Shown here one piece after another: positions 18,846 to 28,425 of a stretch of 64,000 bases of DNA. The stretch is taken from NCBI GenBank assembly GCA_963707915.1, contig OY970178.1, forward strand, positions 1,504,001 through 1,568,000. The letters run 5' to 3'. The position numbers were made by a program, and so were the translations under genes. Positions within the stretch are counted from its first letter, which is position 1, and every line of letters starts with the position of its first letter. The notes beneath the pieces are model-generated. The model saw only the letters and a program-made list of their open reading frames with translations. It was not told where the DNA came from and made no database searches. The DNA is from Candidatus Eiseniibacteriota bacterium. GTDB taxonomy: Bacteria; Eisenbacteria; RBG-16-71-46.

Positions 18846-19891
18846 GGCACCCTCACAAGGCGGATGCTGCGCCGCATGTCGCCCGCGATCAGCCAGGCCC
18901 GGTACGGTCCCGGCGCGACCGCGCGCCCCGCGCTGTTCTTGCCGTCCCATTTGACCTCCGCGTGATCGGAGTACTGCCCGATCGCGAGGTTCTGCAGATC
19001 GGCGTTGCGCCACACCAGGCGCCCTGCCGCGTCCACGATGTCGATGCGCGCTGCGGTTTCGTCCACCAGGTCGACCGGGATGGACACGGTTTCGCCCTCG
19101 CGGCTCGGGTTCGGGTAGGCCGGCTCGATGGCCCAGGCGAGCGCGGGCACCACCGCCCGCACGGCCGGCGCGACCGAAGGCACGGCCGTGCTGTGGGCGC
19201 TCTCGTTGCCGCTCAGGTCGGTGGCGGTGACCTGGTACCACAGCGGGGTGACGCCCGCGGTGGCGCCGGCGGGGAGCGCGTCGTCCTGGTACTCGGCCGC
19301 CGTGACCAGGTCGAGGTTGAGTTTCGTGTACGGGCCCTCCGCGGCGGTCGCGCGGTAGACCGAGTAGCCCGCGAGGTCCGGCGCGCCGCTCGGCGTCCAG
19401 CTCACGTGCACGCCGGTCCCCATCACCTCGGTGACCAGCCCGGAGGGGGCCGCGGGCGGCGCGCCGTCGAACGTGCCGTCCCAGCGCACCACGTTCGAGA
19501 CCCCCGACCAGTTGCCGGCGCCGTCGCGCACGCGCAGGGCGAAGTAGTAGATGGCGCCCGGGGTCAGCCCGCGGACCGTCACCTGCTGCGCGGTCCCGCT
19601 GACCAGCGGCGCGGGCAGCCCGTCCAGCACCGTGGCCGCGCCCCAGCTCGACAGCGTGATGGGTGCGTCGGACATGCGCAGCTCGTACGCCGCGGCCGTC
19701 CCCGAGAGGCTGTCGTCACCCACCGCCGTCCAGCGCAGCGTCACGCTGTCCGCCGCCGCACCCTGGGCGCGCACCAGCGCCGGAGCGAGCAGCAGCAGCC
19801 CGATCAGCGCGAACAGCGGGAACCAGGCCCGCCAGTGGGCGCGCCCGCGCCGCACGGGGCGCCACGGGCGCGCGGGCGGCCTGCGTCTCAC
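18842..19891 (-). CDS. Secreted fibronectin type III protein with C-terminal FlgD-Ig (T9SS-CTD-like) domain
   Basis: VTLRWTAVGDD..YELR, YYFALRVRDGAGNWS; C-terminal AYPNP..IVDAAGRLV..WDGKNSAGRAVAPGPY. Confidence 0.85.
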   Translation of the reverse strand: MRRRPPARPWRPVRRGRAHWRAWFPLFALIGLLLLAPALVRAQGAAADSVTLRWTAVGDDSLSGTAAAYELRMSDAPITLSSWGAATVLDGLPAPLVSGTAQQVTVRGLTPGAIYYFALRVRDGAGNWSGVSNVVRWDGTFDGAPPAAPSGLVTEVMGTGVHVSWTPSGAPDLAGYSVYRATAAEGPYTKLNLDLVTAAEYQDDALPAGATAGVTPLWYQVTATDLSGNESAHSTAVPSVAPAVRAVVPALAWAIEPAYPNPSREGETVSIPVDLVDETAARIDIVDAAGRLVWRNADLQNLAIGQYSDHAEVKWDGKNSAGRAVAPGPYRAWLIAGDMRRSIRLVRVP

Positions 19892-20712
19892 AGCCGGGCC
19901 CCCTGTGCCTCACGAGCGGACGGCTCCGCCGTGCGGTGCCACGACATCCAGACGAAGCTCGCGGCCAGGTTGCGGATCGCGGCCGGGGCCATGGTGTCGG
20001 TCGTGGTCGCCGAGGGAACGTTCGAGAGCGCGGAAGGGTTGCCCGCGTCGTCGGTCGTGCGCAGCGCGAAGTAGTAGGTGACCCGGCGGCTCAGGCCGCG
20101 CACCACCGCGGTCTGCGCCGTGCCGGCGACGGCGGGAACGGGCGCGCCGGTGACCGCGGTCGCGCTCGCGAAGTTGGCGGGCGTGATGGGCGCGGTCGAG
20201 TAGCGGATGTCGTACGAGGTGGCCGTGCCGGTGAGGCTGTCGTCCCCCACCGCGGTCCAGGCGAGCGTCGCGCTGGTGTCGTTCACGGCCGAGACGGCCA
20301 CGCTCGCGGCGGCCGGCCGGGTGACGTCGGGCGCGGCGCTGGTGGTCCGCGTGACCACGTTGGAGATCAGCGACCAGTTGCCGGCCGCGTCGGCCGTCTT
20401 GATCGCGAACCAGTACGCGGTCGCGGGCTGGAGCCCGGTCACCGTGGTGCCCTCGCTCGAGCCGGGCGCGGCGGGCGCGGGCATCCCGGTCACGCGCGTG
20501 GCGCTCGCGAAGTTCGCCGCAGTGATCAGCGAAGTCGCGTAGCGCAGGTCGTACTGGGCCGCCGTGCCGGTGATGCTGTCGTCGCCCGACGCGGTCCACG
20601 CGAGGTGGACGCTGTTCCAGGCGCTCTGGGCGAGCGAATCGGCAGGCGTGAACCCGACGAGCAGGAGGAGGAACACGAGAGAGGAGGCAGTTGCGAGGCG
20701 AGGATGTCTCAT
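19888..20712 (-). CDS. Secreted protein with two fibronectin type III repeats
   Basis: GGAGG RBS; signal peptide MRHPRLATASSLVFLLLLVG; two repeats LAWTA.GDDS.TGTA..YD.RY..Y.FA..T.D.AGN.S..SNV. Confidence 0.85.
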   Translation of the reverse strand: MRHPRLATASSLVFLLLLVGFTPADSLAQSAWNSVHLAWTASGDDSITGTAAQYDLRYATSLITAANFASATRVTGMPAPAAPGSSEGTTVTGLQPATAYWFAIKTADAAGNWSLISNVVTRTTSAAPDVTRPAAASVAVSAVNDTSATLAWTAVGDDSLTGTATSYDIRYSTAPITPANFASATAVTGAPVPAVAGTAQTAVVRGLSRRVTYYFALRTTDDAGNPSALSNVPSATTTDTMAPAAIRNLAASFVWMSWHRTAEPSAREAQGARL

Positions 20713-21269
20713 CAGGTCCTCCGGCGACCCGGCTGCCGGGATGCAGTCCCGTGGCCGAGAGCCTTCCGCTGGTGTGTTCCAAGGGGTCATCGGTGCGGAC
20801 TCGGCGGAGGGCTCGAAGACCGTCCTTCCCTGGGCGGCTCTCGGGACCCGCGGGTGACGTCCGGACCACGAAAACCGCGCCGCGATTCAGCACGAAGCGT
20901 GCCCTCCACGGAACCCGGTCCGCGGACCGAAGCGACCCGAACGGCGATCCCACAAACCCGCCTCAGCAGCGGCACTACGCGCGCCGTTGCAAGTCGCTTG
21001 GAAACGGGCGGCCGGCAACGCGGGCCGGAATCTGCATCCCCGGAGGCGCGGGCGTCGAGCGGACTGCAACGCGGCGCCGCGGCGGCTCCGACCGGCACTC
21101 GCGCCGGAGCCCCCGCCCCGCAGGGGGGCCGTCCACGAAGGGAGCGGAGCGCAACCGGACGCGACCACACGGAGCGCGGGGCCGGACCGCCGGGGGGGGT
21201 GTCGGGATCTGGGTCACATTCCCCGGCGGCCGCCCCTTGGAGCGTGCCCGGGACGCCCCGGATCGCCCG

Positions 21270-21299
21270 TTGACACCCCGCCGGAAGCGAACCTATCCT
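21270..21299 (+). promoter_or_regulatory. Sigma70-type promoter of the pilus operon
   Basis: TTGACA (21270-21275), 18-nt spacer, TATCCT (21294-21299). Confidence 0.5.
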
Positions 21300-21506
21300 G
21301 CGGCGTCGCTGGGCTTTCATCCATTCGGCACCGGTGCCGGCGTGGAAGCCGATCGTCAGCGGAACGTTCCATGCGTCCCTGCGCACGGGGGAATCCCTGC
21401 GTCGGCTGCGCCATGGGGTTGCCTCGGGCACGTGCCGGATATCCCCGTGACCTGACATACCCCAGGACATCCAAACGAGGACCGAACCGGGCGTGACCGC
21501 TTGCCA

Positions 21507-22631
21507 ATGACCCCATCCCCCCTGCAGCGCGACGCGATCCTGCGCCAGGCCGTCGACCTGGGCGCTTCCGACCTGCTCATCACCGCGGGCCACCCCGTGA
21601 TGGTGACCGTGGCCGGCGTGCTCCAGCCGCTGCCGGGTACCGAGCCGCTGACTCCCATGGAGTCCCGCCGCCTGGCCGAGGGCTTCCTCACGCCGGCCCT
21701 GCACGAACGCTTCCTGCGCGACCTGGAGCTCGACACGCGCTGCTTCCTGCCGGGGGTGGCCCACTTCCGCGTGAACCTCTTCATCCAGCGCGGCCACTGG
21801 GGCGCCGCGATCCGCGTCGTCCCGCTCCGCATCCCCCTGCCCTCGGAGCTGGGACTGCCGCCCCACGTGGTCAGCCGCGTGCTGGGCATCGCGCGCGGCC
21901 TGGTGCTGGTGACCGGCCCGACCGGCGCCGGCAAGTCCACCACCATCGCCTCGCTGCTCGAGCAGCTGAACCAGCAGGGCCAGCGGCGCCACGTCGTGAC
22001 GGTCGAGGACCCGATCGAGTTCGTGTTCGAGGCGAAGAACGCGGTGTTCGAGCAGCGCGAGGTCGGCACCGACACCAAGAGCTACGCGCGCGGCCTGCGC
22101 GGGGCGCTGCGCCAGATGCCGAACGTCATCTTCGTGGGCGAGATGCGCGACCTCACCAGCATGGCCATCGCGCTCAGCGCCGCCGAGACCGGCAACCTGG
22201 TGATCTCCACCATGGCGACGCAGAGCGCCTCGCAGACCGTGACGCGCATCATCGATTCGTTCCCCCCGCACCAGCAGTCGCAGATCCGCTCGCAGCTCGC
22301 GCTCACGCTGAAGGCGGTGATCGCGCAGGTGCTGCTGGCGCGGGCGGACGGCCGCGGCCGGGTGGCCGCGCGCGAGGTCCTGTTCGTCAACCCGGCCGTC
22401 GCCAACCTGATCCGCGACGACAAGATCCACCAGGTCCCCAACGCCATCGCCACCGGCGGCCGCGAGGACATGATCTCGCTCGACGACGCGCTCGCCGACC
22501 TGGTGGACCGCGGCACCGTCACGTTCGAGACCGCCTACCCGTTCTTCGAGGACTCCGAGAAGCGCGGCGCGCTGCAGAAGCGCTACTACCGCGTGGCGGC
22601 CATCCCCGCAGCGGGCGCACGGAGGGCATGA
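21507..22631 (+). CDS. pilT: PilT/PilU-family type IV pilus ATPase (degenerate His box)
   Basis: GPTGAGKSTT, VTVEDPIEF, QREVG.DT, VGEMRD, AVANLIRD (AIRNLIRE-like). Confidence 0.88.
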   Translation: MTPSPLQRDAILRQAVDLGASDLLITAGHPVMVTVAGVLQPLPGTEPLTPMESRRLAEGFLTPALHERFLRDLELDTRCFLPGVAHFRVNLFIQRGHWGAAIRVVPLRIPLPSELGLPPHVVSRVLGIARGLVLVTGPTGAGKSTTIASLLEQLNQQGQRRHVVTVEDPIEFVFEAKNAVFEQREVGTDTKSYARGLRGALRQMPNVIFVGEMRDLTSMAIALSAAETGNLVISTMATQSASQTVTRIIDSFPPHQQSQIRSQLALTLKAVIAQVLLARADGRGRVAAREVLFVNPAVANLIRDDKIHQVPNAIATGGREDMISLDDALADLVDRGTVTFETAYPFFEDSEKRGALQKRYYRVAAIPAAGARRA

Positions 22632-22632
22632 C

Positions 22633-24354
22633 ATGAGCCTCTCGTTCCGGCTTTCGACCCGGCGTTTCGGCGAGCTGCTGATGGAGCGCGGCTGGGTCAC
22701 GCCCGAGCAGCTCGCGCTCGCGCTGCGTTCGCGCCAGGACGCGCGCGAGCGCCTGGGGCAGACCCTGGTGCGCCTCGGGCTGCTGAAGGAACGCGACGTC
22801 ACCGAGCTGCTGGGCGAGCAGTTCTCGCTGGTGGTGGTGGACGCGGAGCAGCTGGCCAAGGCCGACCCCGAGGCCGTCGCGCTGGTCCCCGAACACCTCG
22901 CCCGCCAGGCCCTGCTGCTCGCGCTGCGGCGCGAGGGCGACACCCTCGACATCGCCGTGGGCGACCCGCTCGACGTGGTCTCGCTCGACCACCTGCGGGC
23001 GCTCACCGGCTGCACGCTGCATGTCTGCCTGGCCCGCCCGAGCGAGGCGAACGAGGCGATCGACAACTTCTACCAGCAGATCCGCAGCTCGGAGAACCTG
23101 GGCCAGATCCTCGACAAGATCGACCTGTCGGCCGCGGCCCAGGAGGAGGACGTGGACCTCGCCGCCCTGCGCCAGCAGGTCGAGGACGCGCCGGTCGTGC
23201 GGCTGGTCAACCTGATGCTGGCCGAGGCGATCGACGCCCGCGCCAGCGACATCCACGTGGAGCCCCTGCGCGACCGCCTCACCGTGCGCTTCCGCATCGA
23301 CGGCGCCCTGCACGAGGTGATGAAGCCGCCCAAGAACCTGCAGATGGCCATCGTCTCGCGCATCAAGGTGCTCGCCGACGTGGACATCGCGGTGCGCCTG
23401 CTGCCGCAGGACGGGCGCCTGACCGTGCACCTGCCCGACCGCGAGGTGGACATCCGCGTCTCGACCCTGCCCACCGCCTTCGGCGAGAAGGTCGTGATGC
23501 GGCTCTTCGACAAGAAGGCGTTCACCCGCGAGATCGAGCGCCTGGGCCTCGACGGCGCCGGGCTCGAGGCCTTCCGCCGCGCCATCCACCTGCCCCACGG
23601 CATGATCCTGGTCTCCGGGCCGACCGGCAGCGGCAAGACCACGACGCTCTACTCGGCGCTGAGCGAGATCAAGACGGTCTCCAAGAACCTGATCTCGGTC
23701 GAGGACCCGATCGAGTACCACATCGAGGGCGTGAACCAGGTGCACGCGAACCACAAGGTCGGCATGACCTTCGCGCGCGCGCTGCGCTCCATCCTGCGCC
23801 AGGACCCCGACATCATCATGATCGGCGAGATCCGCGACGCCGAGACCGCCGACATCGCGGTCAAGAGCGCCCTCACCGGGCACCTGATGCTCTCGAGCGT
23901 GCACGCCAACGACGCCCCCGGCACGGTGACCCGGCTGATCGACATGGGCGTGCCGCGCTACCTGGTGGGCTCGGCGGTCGCGCTGGTGATGGCGCAGCGC
24001 CTGGTGCGCCGGGTCTGCGAGCGCTGCAAGGAGAGCTACATCGCCGACCCCGAGCAGCTCGCCCCGCTCGGCGACGACGGCGCGCTGCTGGCCGGCCGCC
24101 GGCTGTGGCGCGGGCGCGGCTGCCTGGCGTGCAAGCAGACCGGCTACCTGGGGCGCACCGCCCTGTTCGAGGTGCTCGAGCTCTCGCGCGGCATGCGGCG
24201 CATGGTGCTGGATGGGCTCAACGAGGACCAGATCAAGCAGCACGCCCTGGGCGAGGGCCTGGTGACGCTGCGCAAGAGCGGCATCCGCAAGATCCTCGAG
24301 GGTGTGACCACCATCGAGGAAGTGCGCTACGCCACGCTCGCGGACCACGCCTGA
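22633..24354 (+). CDS. pilB: PilB/GspE assembly ATPase with N-terminal MshEN-type domain
   Basis: ASDIHVEP, GPTGSGKTTTLY, LRQDPDIIMIGEIRD, TGHL..SSVHAND, CxxC..CxxC Zn site; N-terminal RFGELL..G / RLGQTLVRLG. Confidence 0.93.
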   Translation: MSLSFRLSTRRFGELLMERGWVTPEQLALALRSRQDARERLGQTLVRLGLLKERDVTELLGEQFSLVVVDAEQLAKADPEAVALVPEHLARQALLLALRREGDTLDIAVGDPLDVVSLDHLRALTGCTLHVCLARPSEANEAIDNFYQQIRSSENLGQILDKIDLSAAAQEEDVDLAALRQQVEDAPVVRLVNLMLAEAIDARASDIHVEPLRDRLTVRFRIDGALHEVMKPPKNLQMAIVSRIKVLADVDIAVRLLPQDGRLTVHLPDREVDIRVSTLPTAFGEKVVMRLFDKKAFTREIERLGLDGAGLEAFRRAIHLPHGMILVSGPTGSGKTTTLYSALSEIKTVSKNLISVEDPIEYHIEGVNQVHANHKVGMTFARALRSILRQDPDIIMIGEIRDAETADIAVKSALTGHLMLSSVHANDAPGTVTRLIDMGVPRYLVGSAVALVMAQRLVRRVCERCKESYIADPEQLAPLGDDGALLAGRRLWRGRGCLACKQTGYLGRTALFEVLELSRGMRRMVLDGLNEDQIKQHALGEGLVTLRKSGIRKILEGVTTIEEVRYATLADHA

Positions 24355-25616
24355 TGCCGAGCTTCTTCTACCGCGCGCGCGACCTGGAAGGGCGTCCTCA
24401 CGAGGGGGTCGAGGTGGCCAACTCGGAGGAGGAGGTGCTGCGCATGCTGGAGGGCGCGCAGCTCGTGCCGGTCGCCATCGAGGCGCGCGCGGTCGAGGGC
24501 GAGGCCGCCCCGGGACTGGACCTGGGGACCTTGTGGCACGGCTTCGAGCGGCGCCTGAGCGGCACGGTGAAGCCCGCCTCGGTGGCGCTCTTCGCGCGCC
24601 AGCTCTCGACCATGGTCGGCGTGGGACTGCCGCTGGTGAAGTCGCTGCGCTCGATCGCCCGGGACCACGAGGACCGGCGGCTGGCCGCCATCCTCAGCCA
24701 GGTGGCCGACGACGTGCAGAAGGGCGACACCCTGTCCGCGGCGATGGCCCGCCACCCCCATGCCTTCGACGACGTGTTCGTGAGCCTGGTGAACACCGGC
24801 GAGGTGAGCGGCACGCTCGACCAGATCCTCGACCAGACCGCCACCTACCTCGAGCGCGCCGAGGAGCTGCGGCTCAAGGTCGAGGCGGCCCTGCGCTACC
24901 CGACCTTCGTGCTGGTCTTCTCGATGCTCGTTCTGGTCGGGATGATGCTGTGGGTCGTCCCGCGATTCTCGGAGATCTACGGACGCTTCAAGGTGCCGCT
25001 GCCCTGGCCCACGCTCGTCCTGCTGACCGTCAGCCGCACGATCACGCAGAACATGGCGGTGGCGCTGCTGCTCGCGGGGGCGGCCGTGCTGGCCGGCTGG
25101 AACGCGGCGCGCACGGAGGCCGGCCGGCTGTGGGTCGACCGGACCAAGTTCGGCCTGCCGATCTTCGGCCCGCTCATCCGGATGTACGCGATCACCAAGT
25201 TCGCGCGCACGCTGGGGATGCTGACCGCGAGCGGCACGCAGATCCTCTACGCGTTGAAGGTGCTGCAACCGGTGCCCGGGAACAAGGTGCTCGAGCAGGG
25301 CATCGAGCAGGTGCGCGCGCGGGTCGAGCAGGGCAGCAGCCTCTCGCGCGCGATGACGGAGACCGGGGTCTTCCCCGAGATGCTCGTGCAGATGACCGCC
25401 ACGGGCGAAGAGACCGGGCAGTTGGACAACATGCTCAAGCGCACCGCCGACTTCTACGAGCAGCGTGTGTCGGCGGCAGTGCAGGGGCTCAGTTCGCTGG
25501 TGGAGCCGATCGCGATCGTCATCCTCGGGGCGATCGTGGGCGTCATGCTGATCGCGCTCTACCTGCCCATCTTCAGCCTCGGCCAGGCCATGCGTCAGGG
25601 CGTGCTGGGGCATTGA
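24354..25616 (+). CDS. pilC: PilC/GspF inner-membrane platform protein
   Basis: FARQLSTMVGVGLPL, GEVSGTLD, ALRYP, GEETGQLDNML, LVEP..IALYLPIF; TGATG overlap. Confidence 0.93.
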   Translation: MPSFFYRARDLEGRPHEGVEVANSEEEVLRMLEGAQLVPVAIEARAVEGEAAPGLDLGTLWHGFERRLSGTVKPASVALFARQLSTMVGVGLPLVKSLRSIARDHEDRRLAAILSQVADDVQKGDTLSAAMARHPHAFDDVFVSLVNTGEVSGTLDQILDQTATYLERAEELRLKVEAALRYPTFVLVFSMLVLVGMMLWVVPRFSEIYGRFKVPLPWPTLVLLTVSRTITQNMAVALLLAGAAVLAGWNAARTEAGRLWVDRTKFGLPIFGPLIRMYAITKFARTLGMLTASGTQILYALKVLQPVPGNKVLEQGIEQVRARVEQGSSLSRAMTETGVFPEMLVQMTATGEETGQLDNMLKRTADFYEQRVSAAVQGLSSLVEPIAIVILGAIVGVMLIALYLPIFSLGQAMRQGVLGH

Positions 25617-25758
25617 CCGGGTCCGGGACCGGAAGGGCCCGGACCGAAGCACCGGACGCCGGCATCCGCGGCGGCCGGAGGTTGCACCACTCGCGGCACG
25701 GCGACGCCGTCCGCCCATGCGTCGTTCGTCGGAGCCAGCAACCCTGAGGAGAGACATC

Positions 25759-26148
25759 ATGCACCGGAACGAGAAGGGCTTCACCCTGATGGAACTCATG
25801 GTGGTCATCGTGATCGTGGCCATCCTCGCCGCGGTGGCGGTCCCGCTCTACATCAACTACGTCAAGGACGCACAGCGCACCGATGCCAAGGCTGCGATCG
25901 GCGCGATCATCACGGCAGAGCAGTCGTACTTCTTGAAGGGCCAGGCGGGCACACCGACGTTCACCGCGGACATAGACCAACTGATTGCCTCGGGTGTGCT
26001 CGACGAGGCCTTCAAGGCAGACGTAGCGAAGCGATGGGAGATAACGCTGACCGGTGACGGTGACGGCTTCGGCGTGACGGCGAGACGTGACTCTCTTGCC
26101 GTTTCATATACGTACGACAAGACCACCGGAGGGACCTGGGAGCCCTAG
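25759..26148 (+). CDS. pilA: Type IV major pilin
   Basis: GAGGAG RBS; prepilin motif NEKG|FTLMELMVVIVIVAILAAVAVP. Confidence 0.9.
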   Translation: MHRNEKGFTLMELMVVIVIVAILAAVAVPLYINYVKDAQRTDAKAAIGAIITAEQSYFLKGQAGTPTFTADIDQLIASGVLDEAFKADVAKRWEITLTGDGDGFGVTARRDSLAVSYTYDKTTGGTWEP

Positions 26149-26152
26149 CCGA

Positions 26153-26584
26153 GTGATCACCGAGTCGCCCTGGAGCCTTGGAGAGCGAGGCATCGGCCTC
26201 ATGGAGGTGGTGGTCGCGACCGTCATCGCGGTCATCGCCGTCGTCGCTCTTGCCTACTCCTTCGGCATGGGGCGCGGGCTCGTCAATCAATACGAGGTCG
26301 CCCGCATGGCGCTGGCCGCCGCGCAGCGTCGCATGGAGATGCTGGCGGCGGCGCCCACGTCGGCCGACTTGGCATTGGGTCCGGGGAACACCACCGTGAC
26401 CCGCGGCCCGCTGGACGTCGTCGTGGATGGGAGGACCTCCTGCCGGGAATCCTGGACCGTCGAGCGGTTCGCCGACCCGGTGAATCCCGCATCGGCCGAT
26501 CTCAAGAAGGTGACCGTGACCGTCGAGTGGGGCCAGTCCCGCCCCAACGAGTCCATCACGCTGACCCGGCTGTTCTCCCGGTGA
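26153..26584 (+). CDS. Minor pilin (PilV-like)
   Basis: ERG|IGLMEVVVATVIAVIAVVAL; C-terminal LKKVTVTVEW. Confidence 0.8.
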   Translation: MITESPWSLGERGIGLMEVVVATVIAVIAVVALAYSFGMGRGLVNQYEVARMALAAAQRRMEMLAAAPTSADLALGPGNTTVTRGPLDVVVDGRTSCRESWTVERFADPVNPASADLKKVTVTVEWGQSRPNESITLTRLFSR

Positions 26585-27099
26585 AGTCCGTGGATCGTCG
26601 TTCGTCGCGGGGACTGACCCTGATCGAGGTCACGATCGTGGTGGCCCTTTCCATGCTGGTGGTGATGGGGATGATCAGCTTCTACATCAGCTCCCAGTCC
26701 ACCTGGATGGCCGGCTCCACGCAGGCCCTGACCCAGCGGGACGCCACCCTGCTGATCGAGACCATCTCGGACCAGGTCCGCGCTTCGGCCCACGCGGAGG
26801 TCACGGGCTCGCGCGACCAGTTCCTCATCCTTCGCGACCCGCACGGAGACGAGACCTGGCGCTTCTGGTGGAACGATGAACCCGGCTCCGACTCGCTCGT
26901 CTACCAGGCCGGAGTCGACTCGCTCGGCCACCAGGTCGACCGTGGCCCGGTGGTCGCCTCACGGGTGACGCGCTTCCAGATCGACACGCTCACGCAACTG
27001 GTCGAGATCCGCACGGTCGAGCTGCGCGCTGGCGATGGCCAGCTCGTGCGCATGTCCTCGTCCGCGGCGCTCTACAACCGCGGGACCCCGTCGCCATGA
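26581..27099 (+). CDS. Minor pilin (PilW-like)
   Basis: SRG|LTLIEVTIVVALSMLVVMG; GTGA overlap. Confidence 0.8.
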   Translation: MKSVDRRSSRGLTLIEVTIVVALSMLVVMGMISFYISSQSTWMAGSTQALTQRDATLLIETISDQVRASAHAEVTGSRDQFLILRDPHGDETWRFWWNDEPGSDSLVYQAGVDSLGHQVDRGPVVASRVTRFQIDTLTQLVEIRTVELRAGDGQLVRMSSSAALYNRGTPSP

Positions 27100-28409
27100 C
27101 CCCCCGCGCCCACGGGCCCCACCACGGCGAGGCCGGCTTCGTCCTCATCGGGGTCGTCATCTTCGTGCTCGCGCTCACCATCATCGGCATCTCGCTCTTC
27201 AGCCTGTCGAGCTACGAGGCGCAGTTCCTCCAGCGCTCGCTCGACAGCGAGCAGGCGTTCCAGTCTGCTGTCGGGGGCATGGAACGCGCCAAGGTCATGC
27301 TCACAAATCCCCCGTACGCTCTCGAGAGCGTGGTGCCATCGAGCGCGCCAGTCGAGAACGTCATCGCCGCCGTAGCCATTCAGGTGCGGAACGGTGACTC
27401 GGTCTCGATCGGACCAGTAGAGTGGGTCGCGGACCAGTCCGTCCACCTGCGGGTGACCGCCCGGGTGAACGGCCAGCAGTGCACAGTGGCGGGGATCTTC
27501 ACACCGCAGGAGGCCTCAAACTATTATCGGCAGCTAATGACGACGAGCGGACGGATCGCGGTGGACCCGCCAGCCAGTGCCGACTCCACAATGCCGCCGC
27601 TGCCCACGATTGACCTCGGCGGCACTGTTTGGCAGGGGACAATCGAGAGCCCGCTTGACACGGTTTGGACTTTGACTAGCAGCTTGCGGTCGTGGGAACA
27701 GCGGTACCTGCTCAAGGACTATGCGGACGATCCGGACGTGATCTCGTACTTCGCAAGCAATGCCCCGAGTGCTGCACTACTGCCCCAATATTCGTACGAT
27801 GAGGAGCCGATTGACGTAAGTCACTACACCTTCGCGGCCAACTCCAATTCCCCCACCTACTACCGTGTCCCCAACGGGTTCAACCTCGGCTTGTACCTGT
27901 ACGACATGTGCGGCGGCGCGGAGATCATGGTCACGGGCCAAGGCTGTGTGGTTTGGGAGTTGCCCGCCGGCGTGCGCTTCCTGAACCCCCCGCATATCCA
28001 GGGTCCCCCGGGGACCGTCCTTGTCATCGTGGCCGGCCCAGACCCGACGGACCCAAACAAGCCTGCAATCTTCTTCGAGGGCGGAGTGCGGTCGGACATT
28101 CCCCTGATCCTGGTCTCGAATGGCACCGTGGCAATCCAGCACATCAACAACCAGGGCTTCACTGACCAAGCCGGGTTCTCTACCAGGGTTGAGGAGATCG
28201 CCATCTACGCGCAGAACATCGTCCTGCGCGGGCCCCGCAGCCACACTCAGGGCAACCTCCTCATGGAGCTGCGACACCCCGAGAACGGTGATCTGAACCG
28301 AATCTGGGTCCCCTACCTCGCCGAGCAAGACGGACTCCCCAACCTCAACTCCACCAGCGGGCACGACCTGGTCCTGCAACCGGGCACTTGGCACGCGAGC
28401 GACCGGTAG
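27096..28409 (+). CDS. PilX/GspK-like large minor pilin
   Basis: EAG|FVLIGVVIFVLALTIIG (no E5, typical of PilX), QAFQSAVGGMERA; long divergent C-terminal region. Confidence 0.75.
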   Translation: MTPRAHGPHHGEAGFVLIGVVIFVLALTIIGISLFSLSSYEAQFLQRSLDSEQAFQSAVGGMERAKVMLTNPPYALESVVPSSAPVENVIAAVAIQVRNGDSVSIGPVEWVADQSVHLRVTARVNGQQCTVAGIFTPQEASNYYRQLMTTSGRIAVDPPASADSTMPPLPTIDLGGTVWQGTIESPLDTVWTLTSSLRSWEQRYLLKDYADDPDVISYFASNAPSAALLPQYSYDEEPIDVSHYTFAANSNSPTYYRVPNGFNLGLYLYDMCGGAEIMVTGQGCVVWELPAGVRFLNPPHIQGPPGTVLVIVAGPDPTDPNKPAIFFEGGVRSDIPLILVSNGTVAIQHINNQGFTDQAGFSTRVEEIAIYAQNIVLRGPRSHTQGNLLMELRHPENGDLNRIWVPYLAEQDGLPNLNSTSGHDLVLQPGTWHASDR

Positions 28410-28425
28410 CCTATAACTTGCGTTC

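Noticed and set aside
25620..25645. Hairpin between pilC and pilA as a riboswitch or terminator
   Set aside because: Only an 8-bp GC stem with no U-tract and no recognisable aptamer motif
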